Source: Mizuhopecten yessoensis
Lineage: Eukaryota
Assembly: GCF_002113885.1 (NCBI RefSeq)
Contig: NW_018408321.1
Coordinates: 860,163-923,247, forward strand
DNA length: 63,085 nucleotides
Direction: 5' to 3'
Shown here: positions 1-14,379 of the stretch, one piece after another
Layout of the letters: the number at the start of each line of letters is the position of its first letter
Numbering within the stretch: the first letter of the stretch is position 1
Made by a program: the position numbers and the translations under genes
The notes under the pieces: generated by a model
Told to the model about the DNA's origin: nothing
Databases searched by the model: none
The model's input: the letters and a program-made list of their open reading frames with translations, nothing else

Positions 1-2559
1 CGTGGTGTGCTACCCGATTCATCCTGACACGACAATTGTTCATAATGGAAAGTGTTGAACTTCTCTTTCTGTAAACGTCCTGTGTTTACAATGGTTTACT
101 TGCATATATCAGAGTGAGATTGTTTCATTGAAGATAGCTTGATGGTTTATATTACACCATGTTTATTCTTGAGTAAGAGAGCTTCGTAGTTTAGGTCACA
201 GCAAGAACACTAGATGAACACAGTGAGAAAGTTCGGTGATTTAGAAAAGAGATGGAGAGTTTGGTTATTTAGATAGAGTAAAGGAGATTGGAGGTTAAGG
301 TTGCAGTAGTAGAGAAAAGTCGATTTTTATCCATGAATAACAATATCATTCTTTTTTTTACAACATAAACAAGCCCGATAGTTTTATAGGTAACAAACTA
401 ACAGGGCTACCTATGCCAGTTATAGGCGATGGTATGATAGATTAGCGTAATGACAAACCTCAGGCTACATTCAACTCATGCATCCAGGACTGCTTTACTT
501 CAAACGAAACTCACATGCAAAAAATGAATTTAAATCGAGCAAAATATAGGATTTGTTGACACAGAATAAATGGAAAATGTCAGCATTTCATACACAATAG
601 TAATAGACCATTGAAGAACGTGTGGACGACAAATCGATGCATAGACTACTGATTCGATATTTTATGTGTGTAAGCATTGTGTTTCAAAGTGAACTGATGA
701 TACCTTCCTTTTTATTTCAGATGAAGATGAGAAGACGACATTGTAAATTACATTTATCACGGGAACGCACGACAGACAACTTAATGTTTGTAAGCTTTGC
801 TTTCGGAGAGGATGATAGACATCAGTAATATAGTGATGATCCAGGTAACTTACATCATGATCATTTCATCGCAGACAACATGACGATGAGCAATAGGAAT
901 CCTGACATCATTGGTGGAAGGTCGAGTCAATCTTTATGTTGATTATAACGAATTACCAATAGCGTTAGCCCCCCCCCCCCCCCCCCCCCCCCCGTGTGTC
1001 CTGATATATGGACATATAAATGTGGTAAAATATACAAAACTGTTTTAAACGATGAAGTAGATAAGGTTACTTTTTATACTTCGCTTTGTTTAAACTAATG
1101 AATATGGTGAATCTGTTTTATGCAGTTTATTTTTTTATCATTTATTTCATTTCATTTCATTTCATTTTTTATTATTCTATTTATTTATGTATCTGTTCTT
1201 GTTTTGTTTCAATGATGGTTAATAAAACAAATTACAAACACAATCTATCTCCAGCATATCCAGCACACACGCAGGCATACACATGAACACATACACATGT
1301 ACACATACCCATGTAGCGAGATATCAGCCATATAGCATAGGACTAGTAATTAGCGCCTAATAATGCAGCTCTTGCGAATTCCTTAAAATTGTATTATTTA
1401 ATGTAGATGTTAATGGTATTAACTGTATATCTATGTACTGTAAAGAGCTTTAGAGTGACTCATTCTAACTAGATAGGGCGCTATATCAAATGTTGTATAT
1501 TTTATGTCTGCATCTTCACATGTGTACACGACAATAATCTAGTTTATTTCCTGTTTGGATTACAACCGTGATAAACTGTTATATTAAAATCTTCATTTTT
1601 AATTGTACACTTTCTGTATTTCTCATGCTCCTGAATTATTTTGATTTTTTTTTTCAAATTGAATAACGAAAAGTTTCTGAATAAAAAACATGTATGGAAT
1701 ATTTTATAACAAGAATAACATATACTATAGTTGAGTTGATATATTTCAAATTTTGTGATAATTTCGCAAATGAGTAGTAGTGCTTTTAATGCTTCGTGTA
1801 TATCAATAATAATAGTTGACATCAAAATAACATTAACTGTATATTAATGTTCTATCATAAATAATTTTGAATATATGTTAATTTGACATTTATCTGTCAC
1901 TGTATTAGGGTATCCTCGTCACTCAACATGATCTTATATACTAGGGGTCTTTTAGGTAGTAATATTGAATATAATATCGGCAGTCATTCTTTAAATACAT
2001 GTTTGTTTTTACGTTTGGTGAAACAATAAAAGAAATTTAGATAGTGATCGAAAATTGACCCCACATGTTAACGCCATAAGGTGTGATTTTGACACCATTC
2101 ACATTACCGAGCCATCAAAATCAGACTGCTTGGCGCTCTCTGTCCACAAAAAAAACTTATCCTGAGCGCCCAGGGACAAATGAGGAATGTGGAAAAAATA
2201 TTTGAAGATAATCAAGGCTTTTTTTCCGCTAATATGCTTACCTTTGTAGCCAAGTCACTGTTACGTTCAGATAATAAGAAATTAGCATAGTACAATGTCT
2301 ATCTGAGCGCTATCAAAATGGCTAAGGGCTTCCTTTGTCGCTATTTAATGATAAGATCCGAGTTTATTTAGTACCTTACATTGTAATGACAGGCGCCCTG
2401 CTAGTGAATGTCCTGTTTTCATACAGGCCTGCGGCACCAATTTGATTACTTTGTTTTGTAAAGATATTATTGTGACAAGCTAGCCCTGGAATCATGTGAC
2501 ATTTTTTTTAATAGAGATATTTAAATATATTTAAGAATTTATGTTTCAAACACAGGCAA

Positions 2560-4440
2560 GCTCCCTGGTATGAAGTTGTCAGAACGCATCTAGTCTTGTT
2601 GTTTTCAGAACAGAGATTTCAACTTGTTCTCAGGACGCATGTGTTTATGTTTTTTTCAGATATTCCCGGGTAAAAGAGGTAAATTTCTTCTTGAACATGT
2701 GTGTATAAGCTATTCTTAGGATGTACGCGTTCAAAATGTTACCAGAACGCAAGATTTCAATATGTTCCCAAAACGCCGTGTTAAACGTCTTCTCATAGAG
2801 CACATTCAACTTGTTTTAAAAACGTATGCATTTAACTTGTTTTCAAAAAACACGTATTCAAGTTGTTCTCTGAAAGCACATTCAACTTGTATTCAAAGCG
2901 TGCGTGTTCAAGCTGTTCTCATGGTCAATATGCTCCATAACGCTAATGTTCAGGTGTTTATTCTCAAGCCGCACGTATTAATACTATTATCAGAAGTCAC
3001 AAATTCAAGTTGTTCTCTGAACACACACGCTCTCGTTATAACTCATATGGTACCTGTTCAAGCTGTTGTCGAAATGAAAATTCTCACGTTGTTTTCAGGA
3101 CGCACATGAGTGGTCAATATGTTAATTAACGCGGTTCCTAGAATTTGTTATCAGATTGTGTAAGGGCGCTTTTGGTTAATTAAATCAGAAAAAAAGGAGT
3201 TATTTTACCTTTGATGGGGTTCATTTGATCAGCATAATAAAACTGGGTGGCCCCTAGATAATCACCGAAGAGAAACCCATTCACAATCATCTACAAGTGT
3301 TAAATATAGCCTAACTAAGTATGACGTATTACTGTAAAAGACCCCACACAGCTGAATATTTTATCAATTATGTATATGTTAAATATACACTTCACCAAAA
3401 CCACTCCAACACTTCACCTACACAATTGCAATCCTTCACCAACACTACTTCTACACTTCAGCAACACCACTTCAGTATTTCACCAAAACAACTTCTTCCC
3501 TTAACCTACACCACCCGAACATTTTACAAACACAAAGTCTACATTTCACCAACACTACATTTTCGCTTCACCAACCACTTCTACACTTCATCAACACCAC
3601 TCCAATATTCCATCAACACCACTCCAATATTCCATCAACACCACTCCAATAGTTCATCAACACCACTCCATTACTTCATCAACTCCACTTACACACTTCC
3701 CTTTCTCATCACTTAACACCACAATTGTATGCACTACTATCATATTCACAGACAATATAACTCCAACATCACTCCGTTACTCACTCCGTTACATCAACAC
3801 TCCTGTGTCATTTACTGGCACCAAAATACCACTACAATACCGCTCCTATACCAGATCCATATATGTATTTATAGCAACTGTGTTTCTGCCTGAGATAGGT
3901 ATTACTTTATTTCAGAAGAAAATCCTGTTTCAGCTAAGCTAGCAATTCTTTTTTTGAAGAGTAAATATGTCCTCTCTTCAGGAGTATACACATTTATCGT
4001 TTCGACAGTGCTAGCATGTCGTGTTTTAAGAAGATTGAACGTTTTTATTTTCAGAACTATAAACATTTTCTATTTCAGAACACACATGTCATTGATAACA
4101 AGCTTCATTCATACACTTAGCCTATAACCTTTGAACTTGATACTAGAGTCATTATCCGTTACAGTATTTTAACTTTGACATGGATACTTACGTCGTGATC
4201 TGTAACAACCTGTGACCCTTGACTTGGATACAAATGGCATTATCGTCACAACATTTGACTTTTGACATGGATACTTGTGTCCTTATCCGCAACAATATTT
4301 AACCTTTGACCTGGACACTGTCGTCGTCATCTGTGGCATTCTTTAAGCTTTGACCTGGATACTATCGTCATTATACGTCGCAACCTTTAACTTTTAACAC
4401 CGACACTAGTTCACGTCATGGTTCGTAACATTTAATCTTC
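2560..4440. repeat. Cluster of degenerate minisatellites (CAAGTTGTTCTC-type 2560-3110; CACCA-rich 3390-3850; roughly 41-bp ACCTTTGACCTGGATAC 4110-4440)
   Basis: Recurring short motifs visible on the plus strand; they explain the low-complexity ORFs here. Confidence 0.65.
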
Positions 4441-4544
4441 AATGATATACAGACTGCTGATATTTGCCCACGGTAAATTGAAGCCCCAGAGCTTAAACGT
4501 GTGATTTATTATAGAGAATCAGCGTGTAATCTGATGACAGAAAA

Positions 4545-6270
4545 CTAGACTAAGATAGTAAACCACTATTATTATAAAGGTACTGTATCTGTATATCATG
4601 GTGTTTAAGAGTGTGGTGACTTCTTGACGTGCTGTATATGTTGATAAAAGACTTAGGTATTAAACAACTATTATAATTAAGGTACTGTATCTGTATATCA
4701 CAGGGTTTAGTAGTATGGTGACTTCTTGACGTGCTGTATCTGTTGATAAAAGACTTAGATAGTAAACCACTATTATTATTAAGGTGCCGTATCTGTATAA
4801 TATCACAGGGTTTAGAAGTGTTGTAACTTATTGACGTACTGTATCTGTTGATAAAAGAGTTTGGTAGTAAACCACTATTATTATTACGGTGCTATATCTG
4901 TATATCACAGGGTTAAGTAGTGTTGTAACTTATTGACGAACTGTATTTGTTGATAAAAGAGTTTGGTAGTAAACCACTATTATTATAAAGGTGCTGTATA
5001 TGTATATCACAGGGTTAAGCAGTGTTGTAACTTATTGACGTGCTATATCTGTTGATAAAAGAGTTTGGTAGTAAACCACTATTATTATTAAGGTGCTGTA
5101 TCTGTATATCACAGGGTTAAGTAGTGTTGTAACTTATTGACGTGNNNNNNNNNNNNNNNNNNNNNNNNNNNNNNNNNNNNNNNNNNNNNNNNNNNNNNNN
5201 NNNNNNNNNNNNNNNNNNNNNNNNNNNNNNNNNNNNNNNNNNNNNNNNNNNNNNNNNNNNNNNNNNNNNNNNNNNNNNNNNNNNNNNNNNNNNNNNNNNN
5301 NNNNNNNNNNNNNNNNNNNNNNNNNNNNNNNNNNNNNNNNNNNNNNNNNNNNNNNNNNNNNNNNNNNNNNNNNNNNNNNNNNNNNNNNNNNNNNNNNNNN
5401 NNNNNNNNNNNNNNNNNNNNNNNNNNNNNNNNNNNNNNNNNNNNNNNNNNNNNNNNNNNNNNNNNNNNNNNNNNNNNNNNNNNNNNNNNNNNNNNNNNNN
5501 NNNNNNNNNNNNNNNNNNNNNNNNNNNNNNNNNNNNNNNNNNNNNNNNNNNNNNNNNNNNNNNNNNNNNNNNNNNNNNNNNNNNNNNNNNNNNNNNNNNN
5601 NNNNNNNNNNNNNNNNNNNNNNNNNNNNNNNNNNNNNNNNNNNNNNNNNNNNNNNNNNNNNNNNNNNNNNNNNNNNNNNNNNNNNNNNNNNNNNNNNNNN
5701 NNNNNNNNNNNNNNNNNNNNNNNNNNNNNNNNNNNNNNNNNNNNNNNNNNNNNNNNNNNNNNNNNNNNNNNNNNNNNNNNNNNNNNNNNNNNNNNNNNNN
5801 NNNNNNNNNNNNNNNNNNNNNNNNNNNNNNNNNNNNNNNNNNNNNNNNNNNNNNGTAGTAAACCACGATGATCATTAAGGTACTCTATCAGTATATCACA
5901 GGGTTAAGTAGTGTTGTAACTTATTGACGTGATGTATCTGTTGATAAAAGACTTAGGGAATAAACCACTATTATTATAAAGGTGCTGTATCTGTATATCA
6001 CAGGGTTTAGTAGTGTGGTGACTTATTGACGTACTGTATCTGTTGATAAAAGAGTTTGGTAGTAAACCACGATGATCATTAAGGTACTCTATCAGTATAT
6101 CACAGGGTTTAGTAGTGTGGTGACTTATTGACGTGATGTATCTGTTGATAAAAGACTTAGGTAGTAAACCACGATGATTATTAAGGTACTCTATCTGTAT
6201 ATCACAGGGTTTAGTAGTGTGGTGACTTATTGACGTACTGTATCAGTTGATAAAAGAGTTTGTAGTAAGG
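4545..6270. repeat. Roughly 102-bp tandem satellite spanning the assembly gap at 5145-5854
   Basis: AAACCACTATTATT unit starts at 4869, 4971 and 5073; the same unit resumes after the N run. Confidence 0.92.
5145..5854. other. Assembly gap
   Basis: Run of N. Confidence 1.
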
Positions 6271-6419
6271 TGACTATTCATGACATACTAAATCTGTATA
6301 TCAAGAGAGAAGAAACTGCGCTCCTCTTCTTGTCGACTTGTTTCGGTTTTCATACGAGGCAGAATATATTGATGATTTATCAGGACTGGTAACAAAAACC
6401 TAGCAAGGTCCCCCAATTT

Positions 6420-7090
6420 CACATACAGATATATCGAACATGTGCTGTCTTTAAATAGCAGCAAGTTAATTGATCCCGTCGATCGTATATAACCTTGAAA
6501 TGAAGAGCACTCAGACTCTTCTACTTCAGCCGCTTTTCTCGATCTTTACTTACAACATGACCAACATGGACGACTTACTTCTAATACGTACGACAAACGG
6601 TATGATTGGAATTGTTTTGAATCGTGAAATTCCCCTTTCCGGATAGTATCATCCAGCTGTTTCTGAATTGCGGAGCATGCTCCGGATTTCATGACTTCCC
6701 TGATAGATGTCTATTACTAGCACAACAAATCAAAAGATGCAGGTAGATGAAGACTATGGACAAGTTTTATGTTCGCCATCAGGATCGTATACGGACACGT
6801 GCCATTTCTCAGTGTTATACGAAGGTCGGTTTTTATTGTTTTTTTTCAATTATTATTCTCATAAGTGTAACTTGTTGTCTTCTTGTCACTAAAATGGCTA
6901 CCGGTATGATGAAATAATATAACTTGTATTTGACCTTAATTTACATGGCAGGTGTGGTTAACAAAGCAGAAGACGCGTACCCTTCCGGAACACCTGGTCC
7001 CATTGTATTGTTTCAACTGTCTTAATGTATTTTTTGTTTGTTCTTATTTTGTTTAGTTTTATCGGTTTCGTTAACACTTCGGTGTTCTTT
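6420..7090 (+). mobile_element. Decayed Penelope-like retroelement 3' fragment (RT C-terminus plus 3' tail)
   Basis: Frameshifted translation TYRYIEHVLSLNSSK..DRI*P..SAAFLDLYLQHDQHGRLTSNTYDKR..IVKFPF. This fits the invertebrate PLE pattern FRYIDDVLSLNN..YPxELEIK..YLDL..LYDKRDDFNFPIVNFPF. Confidence 0.75.
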
Positions 7091-9719
7091 TGTTGCTTTA
7101 TTCATTAACGTACAGTCTTCATACATGTATGTGAATGTAAATTGAAGGAAAAGTCAACTATCCACTTCTTTAAAAACTATTCATATTGTATAAATAATGT
7201 TTTATATTCTTTGCACTGCAGATTTTTTTACGGATATAAAACAAAAGTTGCGATCATTACATGCGCCAAGGTTGGAGCTTTCTAAACATTCCAGTCGAAA
7301 TTGGATTTTTTTTGTCTCACGCCCATTAAATATTGCTGGTATGTGGTTCATTAACATCTCAGGAACAAAACACCAAGTTCGCCTTCCAATATTAGGTTTT
7401 TAAAAGATAAATTAGAATATATATTGATCAAAGAATAGCATAACAAGCTGTAAAATGGAAGTAAACATTTGCCGAAGAAAGCCATTATGTTAGGCGACAT
7501 TGTATGCTATCTGTAACATCTGAGAAGATAAGATCACAGTAGATGTTACTTATCTTATCTCGGTCATAAAACCCTTCATAAAGCGCCCACACCGAATGTC
7601 AGCTATAGATATGTAATATGGTACAATAAAAAAGCGTCCTCTAGATCAAATATGAATGTCCTAGATATGATATTCTTTTGAAATAGAACACGTTAACATT
7701 GACGCCGAAGGAGTTCAAACGGAAACAGTTGACACCATCATCATATATAACAGTGCACTCTCGTGTAGGAATGTCACTAGTTTGTAGTCTGTGTCAGTAG
7801 GCTATATGTATCTATAACTGTGACTGTCTATCTATAATATAAATGAGACCAGTGCAGTGGGAGGAATATAAATCGCCTTTGTAATAAGAAAGATGTGTCG
7901 ATGAGTATGTAAAGGTTACGGTCATTCTGTACTTATTAATATTGGTGATATTTAAATATCAACATATTTGTTATTCATCAAACAATTCACCGGAATATAT
8001 CTCAATTTCCCAAGCTTGTTTCTCAGTTTAGAATGTTGAGTCAAGGGCTCGTATTCATGAAACCGTTCTCCTGCTCAAACTCAGATTCTGTGCCAAAGTT
8101 CATTTTTTTGTTTCCATGATAAGTTCAGAAAATCACATTTTGTCAATAATTTGGAAGAATGTTGGAAAAACTAAAATACCTGTACGTGTGTTTGAAAACA
8201 TAGGTCATGCTTGAGTGTAAGCAAGAACATGAACATGGGCCCGGTCTTTTATAATCCAATCTCAGAAATGCATTAGACATCACTTAATACCCAATAAATT
8301 TATACTGCAGATATCTTATTTATTTTCATTTTTGAGACTTTTAATTCTTAAAATGAGTGCAATGTTATTTCAAGTGCCCTGCTGTGTACTCTGTGCGGTG
8401 GTAAATATACATAATTTGTTTACATTATGCAGAAAACGGGATAAAAGTGTAAGATAATTTCTGTTCTATTGAATGCATCAAATTAAATGCACATAATAGA
8501 ATCATTAAGTGGCTGGGGAACATTACCATTTGTCTATTTTATCGTTGTTTTGTTATATATATTTTTTAACTTTAAAGCCATCATGAATGAAATGTGTTAA
8601 TGCGTAAGGTGATTACCATAGCTCTGTAATCACAGACGTCTACTGGGCCAGCTAGTCGGCTTGTCGACCCGGGACCGTCGTATACACCAACACCATCATA
8701 TCTCATACAAAAAACTCATTTTGATTTTGATTTTATTATTTTTGTTATTTATAAAGTGAGTAAAAATGATAGTATCTTTCCGTGGCCCGAATTCAATATT
8801 TTATGCAATACACTGGTGATGATTAGCGCGATAGAGATTGCTGCATTTCGCTCCAACGACCGTGAAATATAATTTTGTGAACTTCGACCTAATCCATTCT
8901 GCTTGTTCCCGTAGATACAAAGATAGGCCATCCTTTCAACACCGAGACCCCAATTTCGGGTGAGGAAGGGGTCCCCTCGGCTCCTTGATGACATACACAC
9001 CTGGCCTAGCGTACCTGAATAGTATACCTGTACAGATAGGTAAGACAGTAGAATTGAAACTCAATATGTGGTGGGTTTAGCTCTATGAAATTAGCATTTC
9101 TTTTAAAACGTATTTTATCTGTGATATAAAAAGGGAATTATAAAAATAATGCTTAGTATAGGACAGACATGATTTCCCGATCTCCAGTGATGACGTCCAT
9201 TGTGTGTTTTAGGGTTAAATATGGGATTTACTAAGAACATAGTCGAATATTTTATATACGTGACCGGAGAAGCTTTGTGCGGTGTTTCGCAAAGTCATGC
9301 TTCTCGATCTATATATAATGATAATGTTCACACTACACAATTACAGGAAAATAAAAGTTATGATGGTTTAAAACATGATGATAATCTTAAAATAATCTAT
9401 GTCATTTTTTTCTATATCTTATAACACCTTCCAAAAATCGTATTGAGAGTTACGTATTTGTGGATAGATACCCTTTTATATAATTTAATATTTGCATACC
9501 CGATAATTAACTCCCAATACAATACTTTGGCGAATGATCCCTCCCTGTAATGCAGTATGCATAATTACTGCTGCCAGTGGTTCAGATTCTTCAAGTAAAA
9601 GCCATAATGGACAACACAAAATATCTAAAATGTAAAACGAACACGTGTTCAAGCACTACCGTATTACACAAGAGAAACCGAAACTCCGAAATAAAGAGGA
9701 AAGTCACACATATACGTCA

Positions 9720-10960
9720 TTACACAAGTTAAACCAACCCTAGATCACCCAAAGTTACACAAGTGACACCAATGTAGATATAGATCACCCAAAATTTCAC
9801 AAGTTAAGCCATTGTTTATCATCCAAAATTACACAAGTGAAATCAATGTAGATCGCCCAAAATTACACAAATTAAACCATTGTTTATCATCCAAATTTAC
9901 ACAAGTGAAACAATATAGATATAGATCACCCAAAATTACACAAGTGAAACCAATGAAGATCACATACAGACCCAATACACAGATGAAACCAACTTCGAAA
10001 CACACAAAATTATATATTGAAAACTAGACACTAGGACAAGCACAAAATGATTACAAAAGAGAAAAAAAATCCCACTGGATTACACACATACGTCATTACA
10101 CATGTGACATCAACAATACAAAACAAATCACATATAGACATCGTTACCCAACAGACAGCATTACATTACACGGGTGAAACCAACACTTAGTCAAACACAT
10201 TTATCATTGCAGGATCGTAATAATGTTATAACGACTTGATTCTTCACGAAAACGTCTTCCTTACCTCCTGCAGACCACCCCAAGGTCATCGTTCTTCAAA
10301 TCTAGATTTATGCAGATACATTTTGCATTCTCCTAATTTTTATTGAAGATTGTACTCGCCATTTCTATCGTGATCCTATCGTTTAAAGTCCCACAATGAA
10401 AGTGCTTGATGAAATATGCATGGCCTCATTAGAATATTCATGTGAAAAAAGACATAAAACCTAATCTGTTTCTCCACGAGATATGTCAGTGTCACAGAAC
10501 CTGTATCGTTTAATAGATGTCCAGCCACAGGTGTATGTCTTATATTGTCAGCAATGTTGACATTGTTAGTGTAAATTAAAGATTATATGGAGAAGTTGAT
10601 GTTATTAGTGTACATTTACTACGGAAATGTGCTGTAGACTTACTTGTGTAGATTAAATATTATAACAGACAGTTGACGTTCTTAGTGTACAAATGTATAT
10701 CTCATACTATTACAGACAGTTGATATTATAGGTGTACATCTAATACTATAACAGACCGTTGACGTTCTAAGTGTACACATGTGTATTTCNTAACTTTAAC
10801 AGACAATTGACGTTTTTAGTGTATATCTATAACTTTAACACACAATTGACGTTTTTAGTGTATATCTATAACTTTAACAGACAATTCACGTTTTTAGTGT
10901 ATATTTAATACAATAGTTGTTATCAGTTTACATTTAATACTGTAATAGACTATTGGCGTT
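9720..10960. repeat. Two degenerate minisatellites (CCAAAATTACACAAGTGAAAC 9720-9990; ACAGACAGTTGACGTTTTTAGTGTA 10550-10960)
   Basis: Repeated units of about 35-40 bp. Confidence 0.7.
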
Positions 10961-11539
10961 ATTAATGAAAAGTTTATACTATTATTTATACAATTATGAG
11001 CATGTATAGCAACACTTACATACTTACTCCTGCTAACAGTGAGGCGGTACGTTAAGCACCCTAGCTAGGATCAACACTCGGTGTCTACAGGCCAGCAGTG
11101 TACTACTTTTCGTGATTCTACATGTAGTAAATGTCTCTCGGTTTACTGTGATATTCTTGTGACGCAAAATTAACTACTTGCCACGTTAATACGGTTAATT
11201 AATTAATTTTCGGAGTTAATTGATATTCCTATTTTATATCTACTATATTTACATAAATTAATTTCGTGATTGATTGCATGGCTCAATATAACAATAAGCC
11301 CATGACCCTTATAACAAACCCTGGTCGTATTAACGTTTTCGGTTGGAAATTCGTGAAAATAATTGTGAAACGCTTTGAATTTAACAATCAAACGACAAAT
11401 GAACAGTTATAAATTCCATGGCTCACATCCTGAATTTGGTAAAGAGATCGGTTGTCTGTCTTGTTCACTCCGTTTCACCAAATTCTCATTGCATCATTAC
11501 CTACGATATGACCTTGTCGTGTTTCATTGATGTCTCCCC

Positions 11540-11990
11540 GTGATATAAATTTTGTCATCAGAAATCCCACTCATCATCAGAACTCTCACTGTGTCATCAT
11601 GTCATCTCACTGTGTCACCAGAAATCTCGCTGCGTCATCAGAATTCTCACTTCGTCATCACATCATCTCACAGCATCACGTCATCTCAATGTTCAATTTG
11701 AAATATCACTGCACCATCAGGACGCGCTGTACCATCAGACATTTCGCTGCGCCATCCCGTCATCAGAAGTCTCCTTGTGTCATCACGCCATGTCACTGTA
11801 TCACGCCATGTCACTGTATCACGTCATGTCACTGTATCACGTCATGTCACTGTATCACGTCATGTCACTGTATCACGTCATGTCACTGTATCACGTCATC
11901 TCACTGCACCATCACGTCATCTCACTGCACCATCACGTCATCTCACTGCGTCATTCCGTCGCATCATTGCGCCATAAAAAATATCAGTGC
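11540..11990. repeat. 18-bp and 21-bp minisatellite (TCACGTCATGTCACTGTA)
   Basis: About 6 near-perfect 18-mers from 11783, then 21-mers, with degenerate flanks; open in all three plus frames. Confidence 0.88.
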
Positions 11991-12849
11991 GTCATTGGTC
12001 CTTGCTATAACAGCGAACATGCAGGACGTTGGGCGATATCGGGAATATCAATAAACAAACCCGTAATTCCGTGCTCTAGACCCTCATTATTTATTACCAT
12101 TCCCAGCTGTCTTGTGTGGCAGCTGCAGTTCATTTTAAATAACCTTTGTTTGGAGGCTATACCTAACCAGATAACGTAATTAGCTAACCTCGTTATGTAA
12201 AAACGTAAGTATTTACTGCGTATAGGTATAGGATGGAAAAATATTATTCAAGGATTAATCCAACAGCATCGTTTAAATCAAACTGCATAGCAACTTCAAA
12301 TGTCCTATTCTTAGGCCTCACACATATAGTTTAGCTTGTATATCACATGTTAAAGAGGGTTAATATTTCGACAATATACATTCAACCAGTCGACTTGAAC
12401 AAATGCCTAAACATTATTTTTTTTGCAATTAAAATCCGAAAAAAAAAGTAATAAAACATTTAATTAAAATTTATATTAAGAATTTGTTATTACATATCCT
12501 GATTATATTACAGTGAATTTTCACCGCGTCATTACGTTATCATCGAGTCATTTTCCCCAAGTATATAATGGTGTATTGCGCCCACACGCAAACCTAACCT
12601 TACAGTCGGACTAGTCTGGTTGGCTTATGAACCTATGATTTTCTTGAGGAAGGGTTAAATATCAAAATGGTTTTCTTTAGTAATGAGAATAGTATGTTAT
12701 CCAAGGTGTGGCTACAGGTAGTGCTAGATGAACTGAAATCAATCCGGGTTATCTTACACTGGCCACATTATTGCAGTTTATGAAAGTAAACATGAATTGT
12801 GAATTTCAAAATAAGGCGTAATATAATAAACATCAGTAGTAGTCATGTA

Positions 12850-12990
12850 ATCTGCACGCACGCGTGTTTTGCTCAAGAGAAGGGCTGTCGCGTGATAGGA
12901 TCACGTGTATCATTCCATGTCACACAGTAGTCACGTGATGAGTGTATAGCACGTGAACCGCTCTGTAACATTTATTCACGCGGTGCGTTA
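12850..12990. promoter_or_regulatory. Dense E-box cluster (candidate enhancer or promoter)
   Basis: CACGTG at 12902, 12932 and 12950, plus CACGCG-type sites at 12859, about 12890 and 12977, all within about 125 bp of AT-rich DNA. Confidence 0.45.
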
Positions 12991-14379
12991 AAGAGTATGG
13001 AGATTATATGGGACCATGTTGCCGGTGGTATCGAACATCCGATCATGTCTATGCATGTCAGAAGCATGACTGATCCCTGATCTAGATCGTGTAATAGAGC
13101 CAGACGGTTTTACAGAGAAACTTTATCCAACGTCATCCCCTTTACTCTTATGTCTTGTTTATACAATTGATGAGATGCCTCATTAGCAATTAGGTTTAAG
13201 TTGATTTTCCTGAATTATCGGTCGATTACTAGATACCACAGATAACATCGGATACGTGTTGATATTAACAAAGGCGGGACGATAACGCGGGCTCAGTGAC
13301 GCTGGATGTTGGGATGTACGCAGGCGAGGTGAACGCTGACATCAGTATTAGCCTTCTCGTCACCGACGAGGTCACCTGATCAAATGTACTAGGAAAAATA
13401 TCAATTCAATATAGTGATTGTTCATTACAATGATTTAGAAGGATTATAACAACAATGTGCATAGCTGGTGTGCTGTCAGGTAAAGCACATCTAAGTTACG
13501 TGCTGGAGCTGACTCTCTCCTCGGCCATCTCCACCTCCCATAGATACTACTAGTATTATATGTGCCCTTAACAAACCGTGACGTTAAGATACATTACAGA
13601 GAACCATCATCGGCCACTTCAGCAAGCGGCTCGCATATCTGCGTCCTAGAATAGAACTTTTCAGTTTACAATGGCAGTCGTGAGGACAACAAGTAGAGCT
13701 TCTATCACGAGACCACATCTGAGATTGAATTATAAAGAAATGTAATAATATAATTAACAAGAGGCTACTTTAGTGTTCGGATAATTCTTCATTTGATATA
13801 CACATCAGATAGCATTGTCCTGCTTGTTGTATAAATCAGATGGTTTCAATCAGATTGGACACGTACAATTAAGCTTCTTCCACCATATAGAAAGGAGTGG
13901 AACATTACAACTATTAAAAGATTGAAGACAGCTGTAAAGGATGGCCATTATAGAACAATTAGGGTTATTGTAGCTGCAGATGACAACCGCGTTTAGAAAG
14001 AATGAGGATAGCTTTAGATGACAACTACTTTTATAAATAAGAAAGGATAAGGAAAGCTCTAGATTGTAATCGTTTTTCGCGGTTATATGATAGTTGTAGA
14101 TGATTAGAACGTTCCATATTACTGTCCAGTATAAGGAAGAGGTGGCAACAGCTGAAAATCAAGCTACGTTAGTACCTTCCTTCTTCATTAGAAGCAGACT
14201 GTGGCTGTAGATGATGACCGCTCTCCACTGCTGCCAGTGAGAGGATGAGGATGGCAATAGCTGAAAATCAAGCTACGTTAATATCTTCCTTCTTCACTAT
14301 CGGAGACTCTGGCTGTAGATGACGACTTGAAGATAACGACAACTCTTCCTCTCTTACAAATAGGTTAATGAACATAGAT

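Noticed and set aside
969-993. Poly-C tract (also at 33461-33483) as a G-quadruplex element
   Set aside because: Simple homopolymer, one copy next to an ambiguous base; no supporting context.
3321-3716. 131-aa His/Thr-rich ORF
   Set aside because: Derived from a CACCA-rich low-complexity repeat.
5117-5875. ORFs of X residues
   Set aside because: Assembly gap artefact.
11527-12179. Cys/His-rich metallothionein-like ORFs (ITSCHC repeats)
   Set aside because: An 18-bp minisatellite open in all three frames, with no splice or homology support.
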